NCBI GenBank assembly: GCA_965219685.1
Contig: CBDCOH010000002.1
Coordinates: forward strand, 4,096,001 to 4,160,000
Length of the DNA stretch: 64,000 bases
Direction of reading: 5' to 3'
DNA from: Candidatus Spongiisociaceae bacterium
GTDB taxonomy: Bacteria > Actinomycetota > Acidimicrobiia > Spongiisociales > Spongiisociaceae
Shown here piece by piece: positions 10,320 through 20,203 of this stretch. Both the position numbers and the translations under genes were made by a program. Positions within the stretch are counted from its first letter, which is position 1. Every line of letters begins with the position of its first letter. The notes beneath the pieces are model-generated. The model did no database searches and was not told where the DNA came from. It saw only the letters and a list, made by a program, of their open reading frames with translations.

Positions 10320-11260
10320 GGATCCTCCTTCCGTTCGATCAGTTCGATCTTCTCCCCGAGTTCCCCGGTGAACACGGCACATCGTCCTCCGTCGTAGGGG
10401 GGTGTGTAGACGGCCGAGACCGGACCCGCGGCCGGGTATCCGGCCCGTCCCATCGCCTCTACGGCGGTGTCGAACTCGCTGGTATAAAAGGACACGAGCC
10501 CGAAGCCCGGCGGGAGTTCGCCCGCGGGGCAAGTCCTCACCGGCCGGTCCGGCGGGAACCGATCGACCTCGACCCTGGTCCGACCCCGGGGCGCCAGCAC
10601 GATGAACTCGTAGGAATGGTCGAGCGGTAGGCCGGCCTTCCTCGAGATCACTTCCACTGCGGCTTCGAACCGCCAGGCCGGCTCCATCCCAAGACCGGAA
10701 ACGTAAGGCCCGAGTTGTCGGTCGGGGTCGGTGCACAGCAGCACCGCTACGAACAACGCCCCGACATCGCATCCGGGCGGGGGCCGGACATGGCTCGTGC
10801 CTGTCGCGAGGACCTGCGTGAGGTACACCTGCTCGCCGGCTGGACCGATGGCCTGGGACGCCCGGATTGCCGGCGGCAGGCCCCCGAAGCCGAAGTCGGC
10901 GGCCTCGCCGTGGACATGGAAGTAGCCCGAGGAACGAACCCGCTCGGTGAGCGCGTCGACATCTCGCACCGTTATCTCGAGGGCGGTCCACCCCTGAGTC
11001 GCGTAGGGAGCCGGTGACGGAGTCGGACCGCTTACGAAGCGCACCAGGCCGCGGTCCTCGCCCTCGGCGCCCAGCACCACCACCGACCGGTCGGGATCGG
11101 CGGTGCCCCACGCCAGCGCCAGCCCTTCGCCGAGCCGGCCCTTGTAACGGACCTCGTACCCGAACAGGCTCCGGTATGCCCCCACTGCATCGTCCAGAAG
11201 GTCCTCGGCCACCGTGACCGTTCCCGTCGCGAGGTCATCCACCAGTGGTTGCTGTGTCAT
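10316..11260 (-). CDS. Two-domain VOC protein
   Basis: GLVRFV, GWTALEITVRDVD, GELPPGFGLVSF, PPYDG, GEKIELIE. Confidence 0.8.
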   Translation of the reverse strand: MTQQPLVDDLATGTVTVAEDLLDDAVGAYRSLFGYEVRYKGRLGEGLALAWGTADPDRSVVVLGAEGEDRGLVRFVSGPTPSPAPYATQGWTALEITVRDVDALTERVRSSGYFHVHGEAADFGFGGLPPAIRASQAIGPAGEQVYLTQVLATGTSHVRPPPGCDVGALFVAVLLCTDPDRQLGPYVSGLGMEPAWRFEAAVEVISRKAGLPLDHSYEFIVLAPRGRTRVEVDRFPPDRPVRTCPAGELPPGFGLVSFYTSEFDTAVEAMGRAGYPAAGPVSAVYTPPYDGGRCAVFTGELGEKIELIERKEDP

Positions 11261-12209
11261 ATCCCTCCGCGAGTCTCGCTCTGGTGCGCTCGTCAGCCAT
11301 TAGTTTCTTCCCCGACGGGCTGACGATCGCGCATATCACTCCCGCCAGGGCCAGGCCTCCACCAACCAGGTGTAGCCAGGTGATCGGCTCCGAGAGTAAC
11401 CACCAGGCCAGTCCGCTTGCCACCACGGGCTCGGCGCGCAGGACCAGGGGCGGGATGTTGGCCGGCAGCCAGCGGAACGCCCAGGTCATCAACAGGAGCC
11501 CCACGCCTCCCGGAAGGACTGTCATGTACGCCAGCAGGATCCAGTCCCGGTTGGAGACCGTACCGATGTTCCAGCCTGTAACCGCCACGTAGGTCGTGAC
11601 CACAACCCCGGCTATGGCGAAGATGCTCCAGAGCAGCGTCAACGCGTCGAGGTGAGTCCTGGCGATCTTCAGGAACACCATGTAGAAGGCCCACGCGATC
11701 AGGCTGACGGCCGCCATCGCAATACCCAGGGGATTGCCCTCGATCCCGGTGGATCCCCCGTACGCGACCATCGCGGCGCCCGCCACCGCCAGCAAGGACC
11801 AGGCGAGGAAGCGCCCGCCCGGGCGTTCCCCCAGTATCGGGAAGGCGACCAGGCTGACGAGCAACGGCATCAGGGAGGTCAGCAGCACGACATCGGTGAC
11901 CGAGGTCCACTTCATCCCGGTGAACATCAACGGTTGGGCAACACCGGCGAACAGCCCCGGCCAGATGGCCCACTTGAAGGAGGCCAGCGGCGGTCGGATG
12001 CCGAACCAGATGGCGCGGACGGCCACGAGGAGACCGACGGCTACGACGAGGCACCAGAGGCGCCAGAAGGAGAACTGGACACCACTCAGGTCGGAAGCCT
12101 GGATCGCGACCAGCCCGGTGCCCATGATCAGGACCGCGATGCACATCCCGACCATCGGAGTGTTCAGGCGAACGGCGCCAGGTGCCTTGTCCAATGGGAT
12201 ACCGGTCAA
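11235..12209 (-). CDS. DMT/EamA family transporter
   Basis: About 10 hydrophobic helices, LGERP, EPVVA..LAWWLLSEPIT. Confidence 0.88.
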   Translation of the reverse strand: MTGIPLDKAPGAVRLNTPMVGMCIAVLIMGTGLVAIQASDLSGVQFSFWRLWCLVVAVGLLVAVRAIWFGIRPPLASFKWAIWPGLFAGVAQPLMFTGMKWTSVTDVVLLTSLMPLLVSLVAFPILGERPGGRFLAWSLLAVAGAAMVAYGGSTGIEGNPLGIAMAAVSLIAWAFYMVFLKIARTHLDALTLLWSIFAIAGVVVTTYVAVTGWNIGTVSNRDWILLAYMTVLPGGVGLLLMTWAFRWLPANIPPLVLRAEPVVASGLAWWLLSEPITWLHLVGGGLALAGVICAIVSPSGKKLMADERTRARLAEGYDTATTGG

Positions 12210-12350
12210 CCAGCAGTCCTCTCTCGAGGTGGCCAGAACGGTCCCGACCTCCGGAAAAGAGGATAGCTGCGCTCATGATTCTTCCGCATCGGAGGCGGTG
12301 GTCCTCACGTGTGCTGTGATTATACTGCTAATACAGCTAAAATAGCTGCC

Positions 12351-12584
12351 ATGCCTACGATTACGATTCGCAACGTCCCCACCCAGACCCGCAACGAACT
12401 CGCTGCGAGGGCCGCTCTCGCCGGGAGGTCCCTGCAGGAGCATCTCCGCTTGGCGCTGATTGCTCTTGCCGACCGCCCCGAACCGGAGGTCCTCATGGCT
12501 GCGGTACGGCGGCGCAAGCAGGGGGCCGCCGGTTCCCTTACCACCGAGGACATTCTCAAGTTCCGTGATGAAGGGCGCCGGTGA
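12351..12584 (+). CDS. FitA-like ribbon-helix-helix antitoxin
   Basis: MPTITIRNVP..LAARAA..GRSLQEHLR. Confidence 0.88.
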   Translation: MPTITIRNVPTQTRNELAARAALAGRSLQEHLRLALIALADRPEPEVLMAAVRRRKQGAAGSLTTEDILKFRDEGRR

Positions 12585-12979
12585 CGCTGGTCGTCGACGC
12601 CTCGGTCGTGGTCGCCGGTCTCGCGGGAGGGGGTGCTGACGGTTCCTGGGCCGAGGAAGTGCTGGTCACCGACGATCTGGCGGCGCCGCATCTGATGCCC
12701 GTTGAGGCAGCCCATGTTCTGCGGCGCGCTGTCCTCTCGAGCCGCCTCTCCGCGGATGTCGCCTCGTTGGCCCACCAGGATCTCCTGGCACTGCGTGTGG
12801 CCCTGTTCGACTACGTTCCGGTGGCCCACCGGGTTTGGGAACTCCGATCGAACGTCACAGCCTACGATGCCTGGTATGTCGCTCTCGCCGAGATGCTCGG
12901 CGCGCCGCTCGCCACTCTGGATAAGCGTCTGGCCGAGGCGACGGGCCCCCGCTGTCCGTTCCTGACGCCGTCCACGTGA
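12581..12979 (+). CDS. vapC: PIN-domain VapC toxin
   Basis: VVDASV, TAYDAWYVALAE, LATLDKRL. Confidence 0.92.
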   Translation: MTLVVDASVVVAGLAGGGADGSWAEEVLVTDDLAAPHLMPVEAAHVLRRAVLSSRLSADVASLAHQDLLALRVALFDYVPVAHRVWELRSNVTAYDAWYVALAEMLGAPLATLDKRLAEATGPRCPFLTPST

Positions 12980-13033
12980 ACCCGCACAGCACTACCGAGA
13001 CCGGAAAACCACCCGATCCAACGTAACCACCAC

Positions 13034-13068
13034 CCAACCCCCAACACCCAACACCCAACACCTAACTA
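13034..13068. repeat. Heptamer array CCAACAC-like x5
   Basis: ccaaccc ccaacac x3 ctaacta; contains the minus-strand stop. Confidence 0.85.
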
Positions 13069-13901
13069 TTCCGGATGAACCTGTCGACGATCTCCACGAA
13101 TTCCACGGGATATTCGTCCGCCACGTCGACCCCCGCTCCGAGCATGGGAGCGAAATGGCCGTCGGCGAACAGTCCGGCCCCCGTCGTACGGTTGTCCTCC
13201 CAGAAGTGATCCCGGTTGCCGCAGATCACCAGGGTCGGAGCAGTCACTCGTTTTGCGACCTCGACCTCGTCGGTCCTGCCGATGACGTGGTACGCGTGGT
13301 ACCACTCGGGTCCTACCTGGAGCCGTGCTATCAAGGTGCGGCGGGCGATGTCGCTGTTGTAGGCCAAGCGATCCCCGGGCTCGGCAAGCATCTCGCTCAT
13401 GTCCCAGCGGGTGATCCAGGCCCGCAGCACCTCCTTGCCTTCCCGGTCGTAGGTGCGGGGCTTGGCGTTGCTCATGTATTGGCGGTTGATGAAGTCGAAG
13501 TGCTCGTTCTTCTCCGGGATCTGGGGGAAGCCGTAGAAGAGCAGGTGGGTTACCCGGTCCGGGTAGTCGGCAGCCATCCAGAGAGCCACGGTTGCGCCGA
13601 AGTGATGGCCCAGCACGGCATAGCGGTCCATTCCGAGGAGGCGGGTGACCTCGTCGACGCGGCGCGCGAACTCGGGCCCGTCGGGCTGGGTGGGGGCCGG
13701 GTCCGACTGGCCGTGACCCGGTATGTCGATGGCCACGGCCCGGTAGCCGACCCGTGCGAACAGGGGAAGCACGGCTTCCCACATGCTGGCCGCGTCCGAA
13801 GTCTGGTGGAGCAGTATGAGCGGTGTTCCCTCTCCGCTCGCCAGGTAGTGAACCTGTCCCTGGTCGGTGTCTACGTAGCCCTTCCGCATGCCCATGGCCA
13901 C
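13062..13901 (-). CDS. Alpha/beta hydrolase-fold protein
   Basis: GQVHY, LLHQT, DIPGHGQSD, GHHFG elbow. Confidence 0.9.
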   Translation of the reverse strand: MAMGMRKGYVDTDQGQVHYLASGEGTPLILLHQTSDAASMWEAVLPLFARVGYRAVAIDIPGHGQSDPAPTQPDGPEFARRVDEVTRLLGMDRYAVLGHHFGATVALWMAADYPDRVTHLLFYGFPQIPEKNEHFDFINRQYMSNAKPRTYDREGKEVLRAWITRWDMSEMLAEPGDRLAYNSDIARRTLIARLQVGPEWYHAYHVIGRTDEVEVAKRVTAPTLVICGNRDHFWEDNRTTGAGLFADGHFAPMLGAGVDVADEYPVEFVEIVDRFIRNS

Positions 13902-13986
13902 CCCGTCACATCGCTGCGAACAACCCTACTGAATCTCGGGGTGGGTAGCCTTTGATCGCACCGGCGGCGAGCGTGAGGAGGATCGG

Positions 13987-14949
13987 ATGGCCGATCTCGG
14001 AGTGGCGTATTTCTTCAAGGGGGTGACCGGACCGGGGCCGCTTGTCGACTACGCGAAGCGGCTCGAGGACACGGGGCTCTCGCACCTGTTCGTCACCGAA
14101 TCCAACAACGACGCCATGACTCTCCTGGCCGCGCTGGCCGTGGAGACCGGCCGGCTTACCCTGGGCTCGGGCATCGTCAACATCTATGCCCGGCACCCCT
14201 ACCAACTGGCCAACGAGACGGCGGTGGTCCAGCAACTCTCCGGGGGCAGGTTCATCCTCGGTCTCGGAACCGGGCACCAAGAGGTGAACGTTGACGGGTG
14301 GGGCATGGAGATGGCCAAGCCCCTGTCGAGAATGCGCGACTACCTTGCCACGGTCCGCCAGGCGCTCGATTCGGACGGCGGTCCCCTGGACATCCGGACC
14401 GACCGCTACCGGATCACCGGTCCCTCGGTGGCCTGGGCGCCTCCCCAGCGGGTCCCCATCTACCTGGCCGCTCTCGGACCCAAGATGTTCGAGTTGGCCG
14501 GCCAGGCTGCCGACGGTGTGATCCTCTCGATGGCGCCCCTGCCCTACATCAGGAGGATGCGCAAGCTCCTCGACGACACCGCTCGGGCGAACGGCCGCGA
14601 CCCCGGCGCGATCAAGATCTACGCCTTCGTGAACACGCTCCTCCGGCCCACCCGTGAGGAGGCGATCCCGCTCCTTCACTACTCGATCAAGAGCTATTAC
14701 CGGTTCCCCTACTACCAGTACCAGCTGAAGGTGGCGGGTGTCGAGTTGGGCTCCGGCGGGATCAGCGACGCTGCGCTCGACTCCCTGGCGATAGGAGGAC
14801 CGCCCGAATACGCTCGCGAGCGGCTCGACGAGTACCGGGAGGCCGGAGTCGACGTACCCATCCTCGCTCCGATCGGCACCCTGCCGCGACCGACGCCGGC
14901 CGATCCCGACCTGTTCGCGGCGTTCGACGGCTTGGCCGCGCTCGCGTGA
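13987..14949 (+). CDS. LLM class oxidoreductase (Mer-like)
   Basis: GRFILGLGTG, PIYLAALGPKMFELAGQAADG. Confidence 0.9.
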   Translation: MADLGVAYFFKGVTGPGPLVDYAKRLEDTGLSHLFVTESNNDAMTLLAALAVETGRLTLGSGIVNIYARHPYQLANETAVVQQLSGGRFILGLGTGHQEVNVDGWGMEMAKPLSRMRDYLATVRQALDSDGGPLDIRTDRYRITGPSVAWAPPQRVPIYLAALGPKMFELAGQAADGVILSMAPLPYIRRMRKLLDDTARANGRDPGAIKIYAFVNTLLRPTREEAIPLLHYSIKSYYRFPYYQYQLKVAGVELGSGGISDAALDSLAIGGPPEYARERLDEYREAGVDVPILAPIGTLPRPTPADPDLFAAFDGLAALA

Positions 14950-14960
14950 TCGGGTGGTCA

Positions 14961-15045
14961 GGTGTTAGGTGTTAGGTGTTAGGTGTTAGGTGTTAGTTTA
15001 GGTAGGTTAAGGTACCATTCACCATTCACCATTCACCATTCACCA
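14961..15045. repeat. Head-to-head heptamer arrays GGTGTTA x5 and ACCATTC x4
   Basis: 14961-14995 and 15014-15045, between convergent genes. Confidence 0.95.
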
Positions 15046-15046
15046 G

Positions 15047-16015
15047 CTACCTGCGTCGCGTGCTCAGATAGAGTTCGCGGATCTTCGGGTTGAAGTAGGC
15101 GTAGAGGATGTCGACCGCGAAATTCAGCACTAGGAAGAACACCGCGGTGAACAGGGTGGCGCCCACCGCCACCGGGATGTCCTGCTTGCGGAAGGAGTCC
15201 ACCATTAGCTGGCCCACGCCCGGGATGGTGAACACGGTCTCCACGATCACCGATCCGCTGACCAGGAACCCGACGAGCAGCCCGATCACGGTGGTGGTCG
15301 GGATGATCGCGTTGGGCAGGGCCACCCGGCCCACCACCCGCCGCTCCTGCAAGCCCATCGATCGGGCGAATGTGACGTAATCGCGCTGGAGAGTGTCGAG
15401 CATCGAGGCCCGCAGCGTCTTGGTCACGATGGCGATCGTTGCCAGACCGAGCACGAACGAGGGCAGGATCAGATGCGCCAGATTCTGTCCCGGGTCCTCC
15501 GAGAAGTGAATCCAGCCGCCCGCAGGCAGGACATCTGTGATGTACAGACCGAACACCATCAGCAGGAGCAGGCCCAGCCAGAAGTTCGGGATCGAGATGG
15601 CGACCACCGAGACCACCCGGATGAGGCCGTCGAGGAATCCTCCGTACCTGGCCGCGGCGACAAGTCCCAGCACCATCGCCACCAGGGTCGCCACGATGCC
15701 CGTGGAGAGGGCCAGTTGCAGGGTCGGGATCGCCCGGTCGGCGATGAGCTCGGTAACGGGTGTGAGGCTCAGGTTGGACTGGCCCAGATCACCCTGCAGG
15801 ACATTCACCAGGTAGCGCCAGTACTGGACGAGCAGCGGCTGGTCAAGACCCAACCTCGCCATGACCTCGGCGCGTTGCTCAGGAGTGGCGTCCGTACCGG
15901 TGAAGAGCAACACGATGTTGCCCGGAGTCAACTGGATGAACATGAACACCAGCGTCAGGACGGCCCAGAACACGATGACCGTTGCGACCAAGCGACGAAC
16001 GACGTAGCTCCGCAA
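15047..16015 (-). CDS. Peptide/nickel ABC permease (DppB/OppB-like)
   Basis: LGLDQPL..QY, GDLGQS, SIPNFWLG, DYVTFARSMGL, VETVFTIPGVG. Confidence 0.93.
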   Translation of the reverse strand: MRSYVVRRLVATVIVFWAVLTLVFMFIQLTPGNIVLLFTGTDATPEQRAEVMARLGLDQPLLVQYWRYLVNVLQGDLGQSNLSLTPVTELIADRAIPTLQLALSTGIVATLVAMVLGLVAAARYGGFLDGLIRVVSVVAISIPNFWLGLLLLMVFGLYITDVLPAGGWIHFSEDPGQNLAHLILPSFVLGLATIAIVTKTLRASMLDTLQRDYVTFARSMGLQERRVVGRVALPNAIIPTTTVIGLLVGFLVSGSVIVETVFTIPGVGQLMVDSFRKQDIPVAVGATLFTAVFFLVLNFAVDILYAYFNPKIRELYLSTRRR

Positions 16016-16157
16016 TTCACCCCCACGAAGGTTTCCGGTGTGCTTCTACAGTCCGATCTTACGCCTGCAGTGCCGCCAGCGCTGATTTAGCAGCATTTCC
16101 CTGCGGTGGATCGCGCGGTTCTAGTAATGTCGTTTTGCCACTATCACGGGAGGGTTT

Positions 16158-17924
16158 ATGGCACGGAGCACGCCCGAGGGTGCAGGGATCGTGGAGCCGG
16201 ACGACGGCCGGAAGCTGATCACCCGGCGTCGATTCATAACGATGTCGGCGGTCGCCGCAGCCGGAGGTGTGCTGGCCGCCTGCGGTCAGGACGCCGAAGA
16301 GGTGGCTACCACCCCGGCGGCGACATCCCCACCGGCGACGACGGCCGCGACGACCGCGACCACGGAAGCCATGGCGGATGAGGCGGCGCCGGCCACAACC
16401 GAGGCACCGCTGACCACCACCGTCGCCACGACCGCCCCGACGACGACGCAACCGGCTCAGGTCGGAGGTGTTGTCGTGGTCGATCAGGCCACAGAGCCGC
16501 CTGCCCTGAACCCGTGGCAGTTCAACTTCCAGTACGTGATCTGGATGTCCGATCTGGTCGAGGAGCCCCTCTACCGGTACGACGATGACCTCAAGATCAT
16601 CCCCTGGCTGGCCTCCGAACTGCCCGCCGCAAGTGACGACGGACTCACCTGGGACATCCCCATCAGGGAGGGCATCCAGTTCCACAACGGCGACACGCTG
16701 ACCGCCCACCATGTGGTCGACCTGTTCGCCAAGGGCGCCGAGTCGGGCATCTGGAGGAGCCGCTTCGCGTTCGGAATTGACAGCACCGAGGCCCTTGAGG
16801 ACAACCTGCTGCGGGTCAACTTCAGCAAGCCGTTCTCGATCTTCCTGGACAAGCTGGCCCTCATGGCGATACGGCATCCCGACAACTTCGAGGCGACGGA
16901 CAAGTTCCTCGGAACCGGTCCCTTCGTCCATACGGCTTACGACCAGGGTTCCTCGGCGACCTTCGCCCGGAACGACAACTACTGGGGCACCCAGCCGTCG
17001 ATCGAGGGCGTCGAGTTCCGGTTCGTGGCGGACAACGGCGCCCGACTGGTGAACCTGATTCGGGCCGATTCCACCGTCTACCCGGAAACGGAACCGAATT
17101 CCGTGCCGCTGCTGGAAGCGGAGCCGGACATCACGGTCCTGAACCAGCAGTCCCCCTTCGAGATCTTGTGGTGGAACAACGTCGGGCGGGAGCCGTTCAG
17201 CGACAAGCGCATCGTGGAGGCCATGGCCCGTTCCATGGACCGCCAGGCTGTGAACGACATCGTGTTCGGTGGGTTGGGAACCATCGCCCAGGGCATGCTC
17301 GGACCGGCCACCGGCGGTTACGACCCGAACTTCAAGCCCTTCACCGACACCGCCGACCTGGCGACGGCCAGGGCGCTCATGTCGGAGGCCACCAACCTGG
17401 TGTTCGATGAGGACGGGAACATCGCCGAGGGAGACCCGGTCGAGTTCGACGTGATGTTCATCAACTCGCCGACGGTGCGCGATCTTGGAGCAGTGCTGCA
17501 GCAGCAGTGGTTGGCGGTGGGCCTTCGAGCCAACCTCGCCTTCCTGGAGATCGCAGCCTGGGTAGCCAGGTTCTTCGATTCCGACTACGACATCGGGGTC
17601 AGCGTGTCGACCGACGGGCCCTCGCAGGGAGCCACCGCGTGGAGTTCGCTGGGGACGGCTCGGTCGGATCACTTCTTCAACACGATGATGTACTACAACG
17701 ACGAGTACACGCAGCTCATCAGCGACTCGTTCGGCGAGCCGGACGACGCGACCCGGTTCGCCATGTGGAGGCGCGCCAACGAGATCCTGACCCTGGACTT
17801 CGTGATGACGCCGCCGGTGTACCCGCCGTTCGTCGTGTCGACACATGCCAGCCTGCAGGGCAACCTGCTCGGCCCGATGCGGACCAACCGTCTCGCGCTC
17901 GAGAACACCAGTTTCGTCGCCTGA
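16158..17924 (+). CDS. Family 5 ABC substrate-binding lipoprotein with Tat signal
   Basis: TRRRFI...LAAC, Thr/Ala/Pro linker, FHNGDTLTA, GTGPF. Confidence 0.92.
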   Translation: MARSTPEGAGIVEPDDGRKLITRRRFITMSAVAAAGGVLAACGQDAEEVATTPAATSPPATTAATTATTEAMADEAAPATTEAPLTTTVATTAPTTTQPAQVGGVVVVDQATEPPALNPWQFNFQYVIWMSDLVEEPLYRYDDDLKIIPWLASELPAASDDGLTWDIPIREGIQFHNGDTLTAHHVVDLFAKGAESGIWRSRFAFGIDSTEALEDNLLRVNFSKPFSIFLDKLALMAIRHPDNFEATDKFLGTGPFVHTAYDQGSSATFARNDNYWGTQPSIEGVEFRFVADNGARLVNLIRADSTVYPETEPNSVPLLEAEPDITVLNQQSPFEILWWNNVGREPFSDKRIVEAMARSMDRQAVNDIVFGGLGTIAQGMLGPATGGYDPNFKPFTDTADLATARALMSEATNLVFDEDGNIAEGDPVEFDVMFINSPTVRDLGAVLQQQWLAVGLRANLAFLEIAAWVARFFDSDYDIGVSVSTDGPSQGATAWSSLGTARSDHFFNTMMYYNDEYTQLISDSFGEPDDATRFAMWRRANEILTLDFVMTPPVYPPFVVSTHASLQGNLLGPMRTNRLALENTSFVA

Positions 17925-17956
17925 TCGCAGGGACCTATGAGTAGACGGGCGCCGTC

Positions 17957-19303
17957 GTGACGGTCACGGCGGCGCTCGTTCGCGAGGTCATCGACACGTC
18001 CTTCCGGGAGATTCCCCGAGCCGCTGTCGACCGGATAAGGCGCCTCATCGTCGACTCCGTCGCCAACTGCTTCATGGGCTACGAGGTGACCGGTCGGCAG
18101 TTGGCGGCATACGCGGCGGAACTCGGCGGACCTGAGGAAGCCGTGCTTGTAGCGGACGGCCGCCGGGTTCCGGCGGAGGTGGCGGCTGCTGTAAACGCGC
18201 AGGTCGCTCGGGATACCGACTTCGAGGAGACCGGTCCCGGTCTTCATGCCGGACCGGCCATGGTCCACACCGCTCTGGCCGTCGGCCAGCGCGTAGGCGC
18301 CTCCGGCGCCGACGTGGTGGCCGCCGCAACCATCGGGTACGAGGTGAACGCTCGCTTCCATCACGCGAGGCGCGACGGTGACATCATCCGCCACCACGCC
18401 ACCTGCGTCGCCATCGTGGCCGGCAAGCTCCTGGGTCTGGGCGGAGAGGCGCTGAATCGGGCCATCGGATTCTCCTGGGAACTACCTACGAGCGACATCC
18501 TCCGCTACTGGCCTCCTCAGGCCAAGCGGGTGAGCCGCCTGGGGATCGGGAATCTCTGGGTTTGCCGCTTGGGCGTGCAAGCTGCTCTGCTGGCCAGTCA
18601 CGGTTACGGGGGCCTGCCCGACGAACTCGACTTCCAGGCTGCGGATTACGACCTCCAAGGGATAGCCGCACCGACCGGGTTCGCTCACACCGCCAACGAA
18701 CTGGAACTCAAGCCCTACCCGGCCAGCCGGGGCTGCAACGGGGCTCTCGACCTGGTCGGCCGGATCGTCCGGCGGGAGTCTCTGCGGATCGACGAGATCG
18801 AGCGCATTACGGCCCGGCTGCCGAGTATCTACCTGGATGCCCACCAGTTCGAACCCGAGCCCGAGAACTACTGGGAGGCGATCTACAGCACGCATTGGGG
18901 CATCACCATGCAGGCGATGCAGGTGCCCCCAGGTCGGCAGTGGTTCACACCCGAACGCCTGGGCGACGCTCGTTCGAGGGGGCTATGCGCCAAGGTCGAG
19001 ATCGTCGAGGATCCGGAGGCTACGCGGGCTCGTGACGAGAAGCGTCGTGGGGAGATGGCGAACACGGTGGAGATCGAGGCCAGGGGACAGGTGTTCACCG
19101 AGTCGATACTGATGCGCGACGTGCCCGGAAGCGCGCGTATGCCGATGACCGAGGATGTGTTCAGGGGAAAGTTCCTGTCGCTCGCCGAACCCGGCATCGG
19201 CTCCGCCCAAGCCGCCACGTTGTACGACGCTCTCTCCGAAGTCGAAGCGCTTCCGGACGTGAGGTCGCTCGCACCCATTATGGCTCCACCGGTTCGGGGG
19301 TAA
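17957..19303 (+). CDS. MmgE/PrpD family protein (divergent)
   Basis: AAAVNA, DFEETGPGLH, GYEVNARF, LKPYPA. Confidence 0.85.
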   Translation: MTVTAALVREVIDTSFREIPRAAVDRIRRLIVDSVANCFMGYEVTGRQLAAYAAELGGPEEAVLVADGRRVPAEVAAAVNAQVARDTDFEETGPGLHAGPAMVHTALAVGQRVGASGADVVAAATIGYEVNARFHHARRDGDIIRHHATCVAIVAGKLLGLGGEALNRAIGFSWELPTSDILRYWPPQAKRVSRLGIGNLWVCRLGVQAALLASHGYGGLPDELDFQAADYDLQGIAAPTGFAHTANELELKPYPASRGCNGALDLVGRIVRRESLRIDEIERITARLPSIYLDAHQFEPEPENYWEAIYSTHWGITMQAMQVPPGRQWFTPERLGDARSRGLCAKVEIVEDPEATRARDEKRRGEMANTVEIEARGQVFTESILMRDVPGSARMPMTEDVFRGKFLSLAEPGIGSAQAATLYDALSEVEALPDVRSLAPIMAPPVRG

Positions 19304-19347
19304 CATCGGGCCAACGCGATCGGGTGCCGGAGCGTAGGGAGGGAATC

Positions 19348-20190
19348 ATGGAGCCGGTGATGCTTACCGATGTCTCCGGGATGGACTGGACCGCCCAGAT
19401 GTTCGGTGGGCGATCGAAGCGGCTCTTCGAAGGAGCCGACGGGAGCCATCTCGACTACGTCGACTTCTCGGGCAACGCCGCCTGGGACCGCAACGATCCG
19501 GGAAAAGGTCCCCACTACCACACCTACCACGAGTGGGCCTACTGCCTGTCGGGCCATTTCGTCATCTACGAGTTCGTCCATCCACGCCAGATCGAGGGTG
19601 AACTGGTCCACTTTCGCGAGGGAACCTTCATGAGCAGGCCGGCCTACAGCCTGCACGCAGGGCAGGGCTACCCGCGTTCGGCGTTCCGCCAGGGACCGTG
19701 TGTCCTGCTCAACTACGAGGAGGGTCCGTCGGAGGTGCTGCTGGCCGGACCGGACAACGTTCCTGACGATGTGGTCGACTGGCCCGATAACTTCATTCGT
19801 CAGAGCGCCACGACCCTCGAGTGGGAGGTTGATCCGGAGCTCGGGGGCGCCAGCATGAAGTGGCTCCGTGAGGATCCGATCGGTGGGTTCCGGGCCAAAC
19901 TACGCCACGTGCCGCCCGGATGGGTGGCACCCGCAGAGATGCGGGCCACCTACCACGAACGGGCACACCGCTTCGCCTACGTGATCGCGGGAGACATGAC
20001 GTTGCTGGCAGGGGATGGTGGTACCGCGGTCGGGCCCGACTGGTTCATCGAACAGCCGCCGGGAACAGTGTGGGCCTGGCAGAGCGGCTCGGCGTCCGAG
20101 ACAGGGTGCATGTGGCTCGAAGCGACCTACGCATCCGGCACGACATTGAGCAACGGCGGGGTGGAGGACCCGATCGCGGCCGGGAACTGA
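19348..20190 (+). CDS. Bicupin (ChrR/DUF4437-like) protein
   Basis: HYHTYHEWAYCLSG..RPAYSLH; second repeat YHERAHRFAYVIAG..QPPG. Confidence 0.7.
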   Translation: MEPVMLTDVSGMDWTAQMFGGRSKRLFEGADGSHLDYVDFSGNAAWDRNDPGKGPHYHTYHEWAYCLSGHFVIYEFVHPRQIEGELVHFREGTFMSRPAYSLHAGQGYPRSAFRQGPCVLLNYEEGPSEVLLAGPDNVPDDVVDWPDNFIRQSATTLEWEVDPELGGASMKWLREDPIGGFRAKLRHVPPGWVAPAEMRATYHERAHRFAYVIAGDMTLLAGDGGTAVGPDWFIEQPPGTVWAWQSGSASETGCMWLEATYASGTTLSNGGVEDPIAAGN

Positions 20191-20203
20191 GGCCGGCCCG
20201 CTC

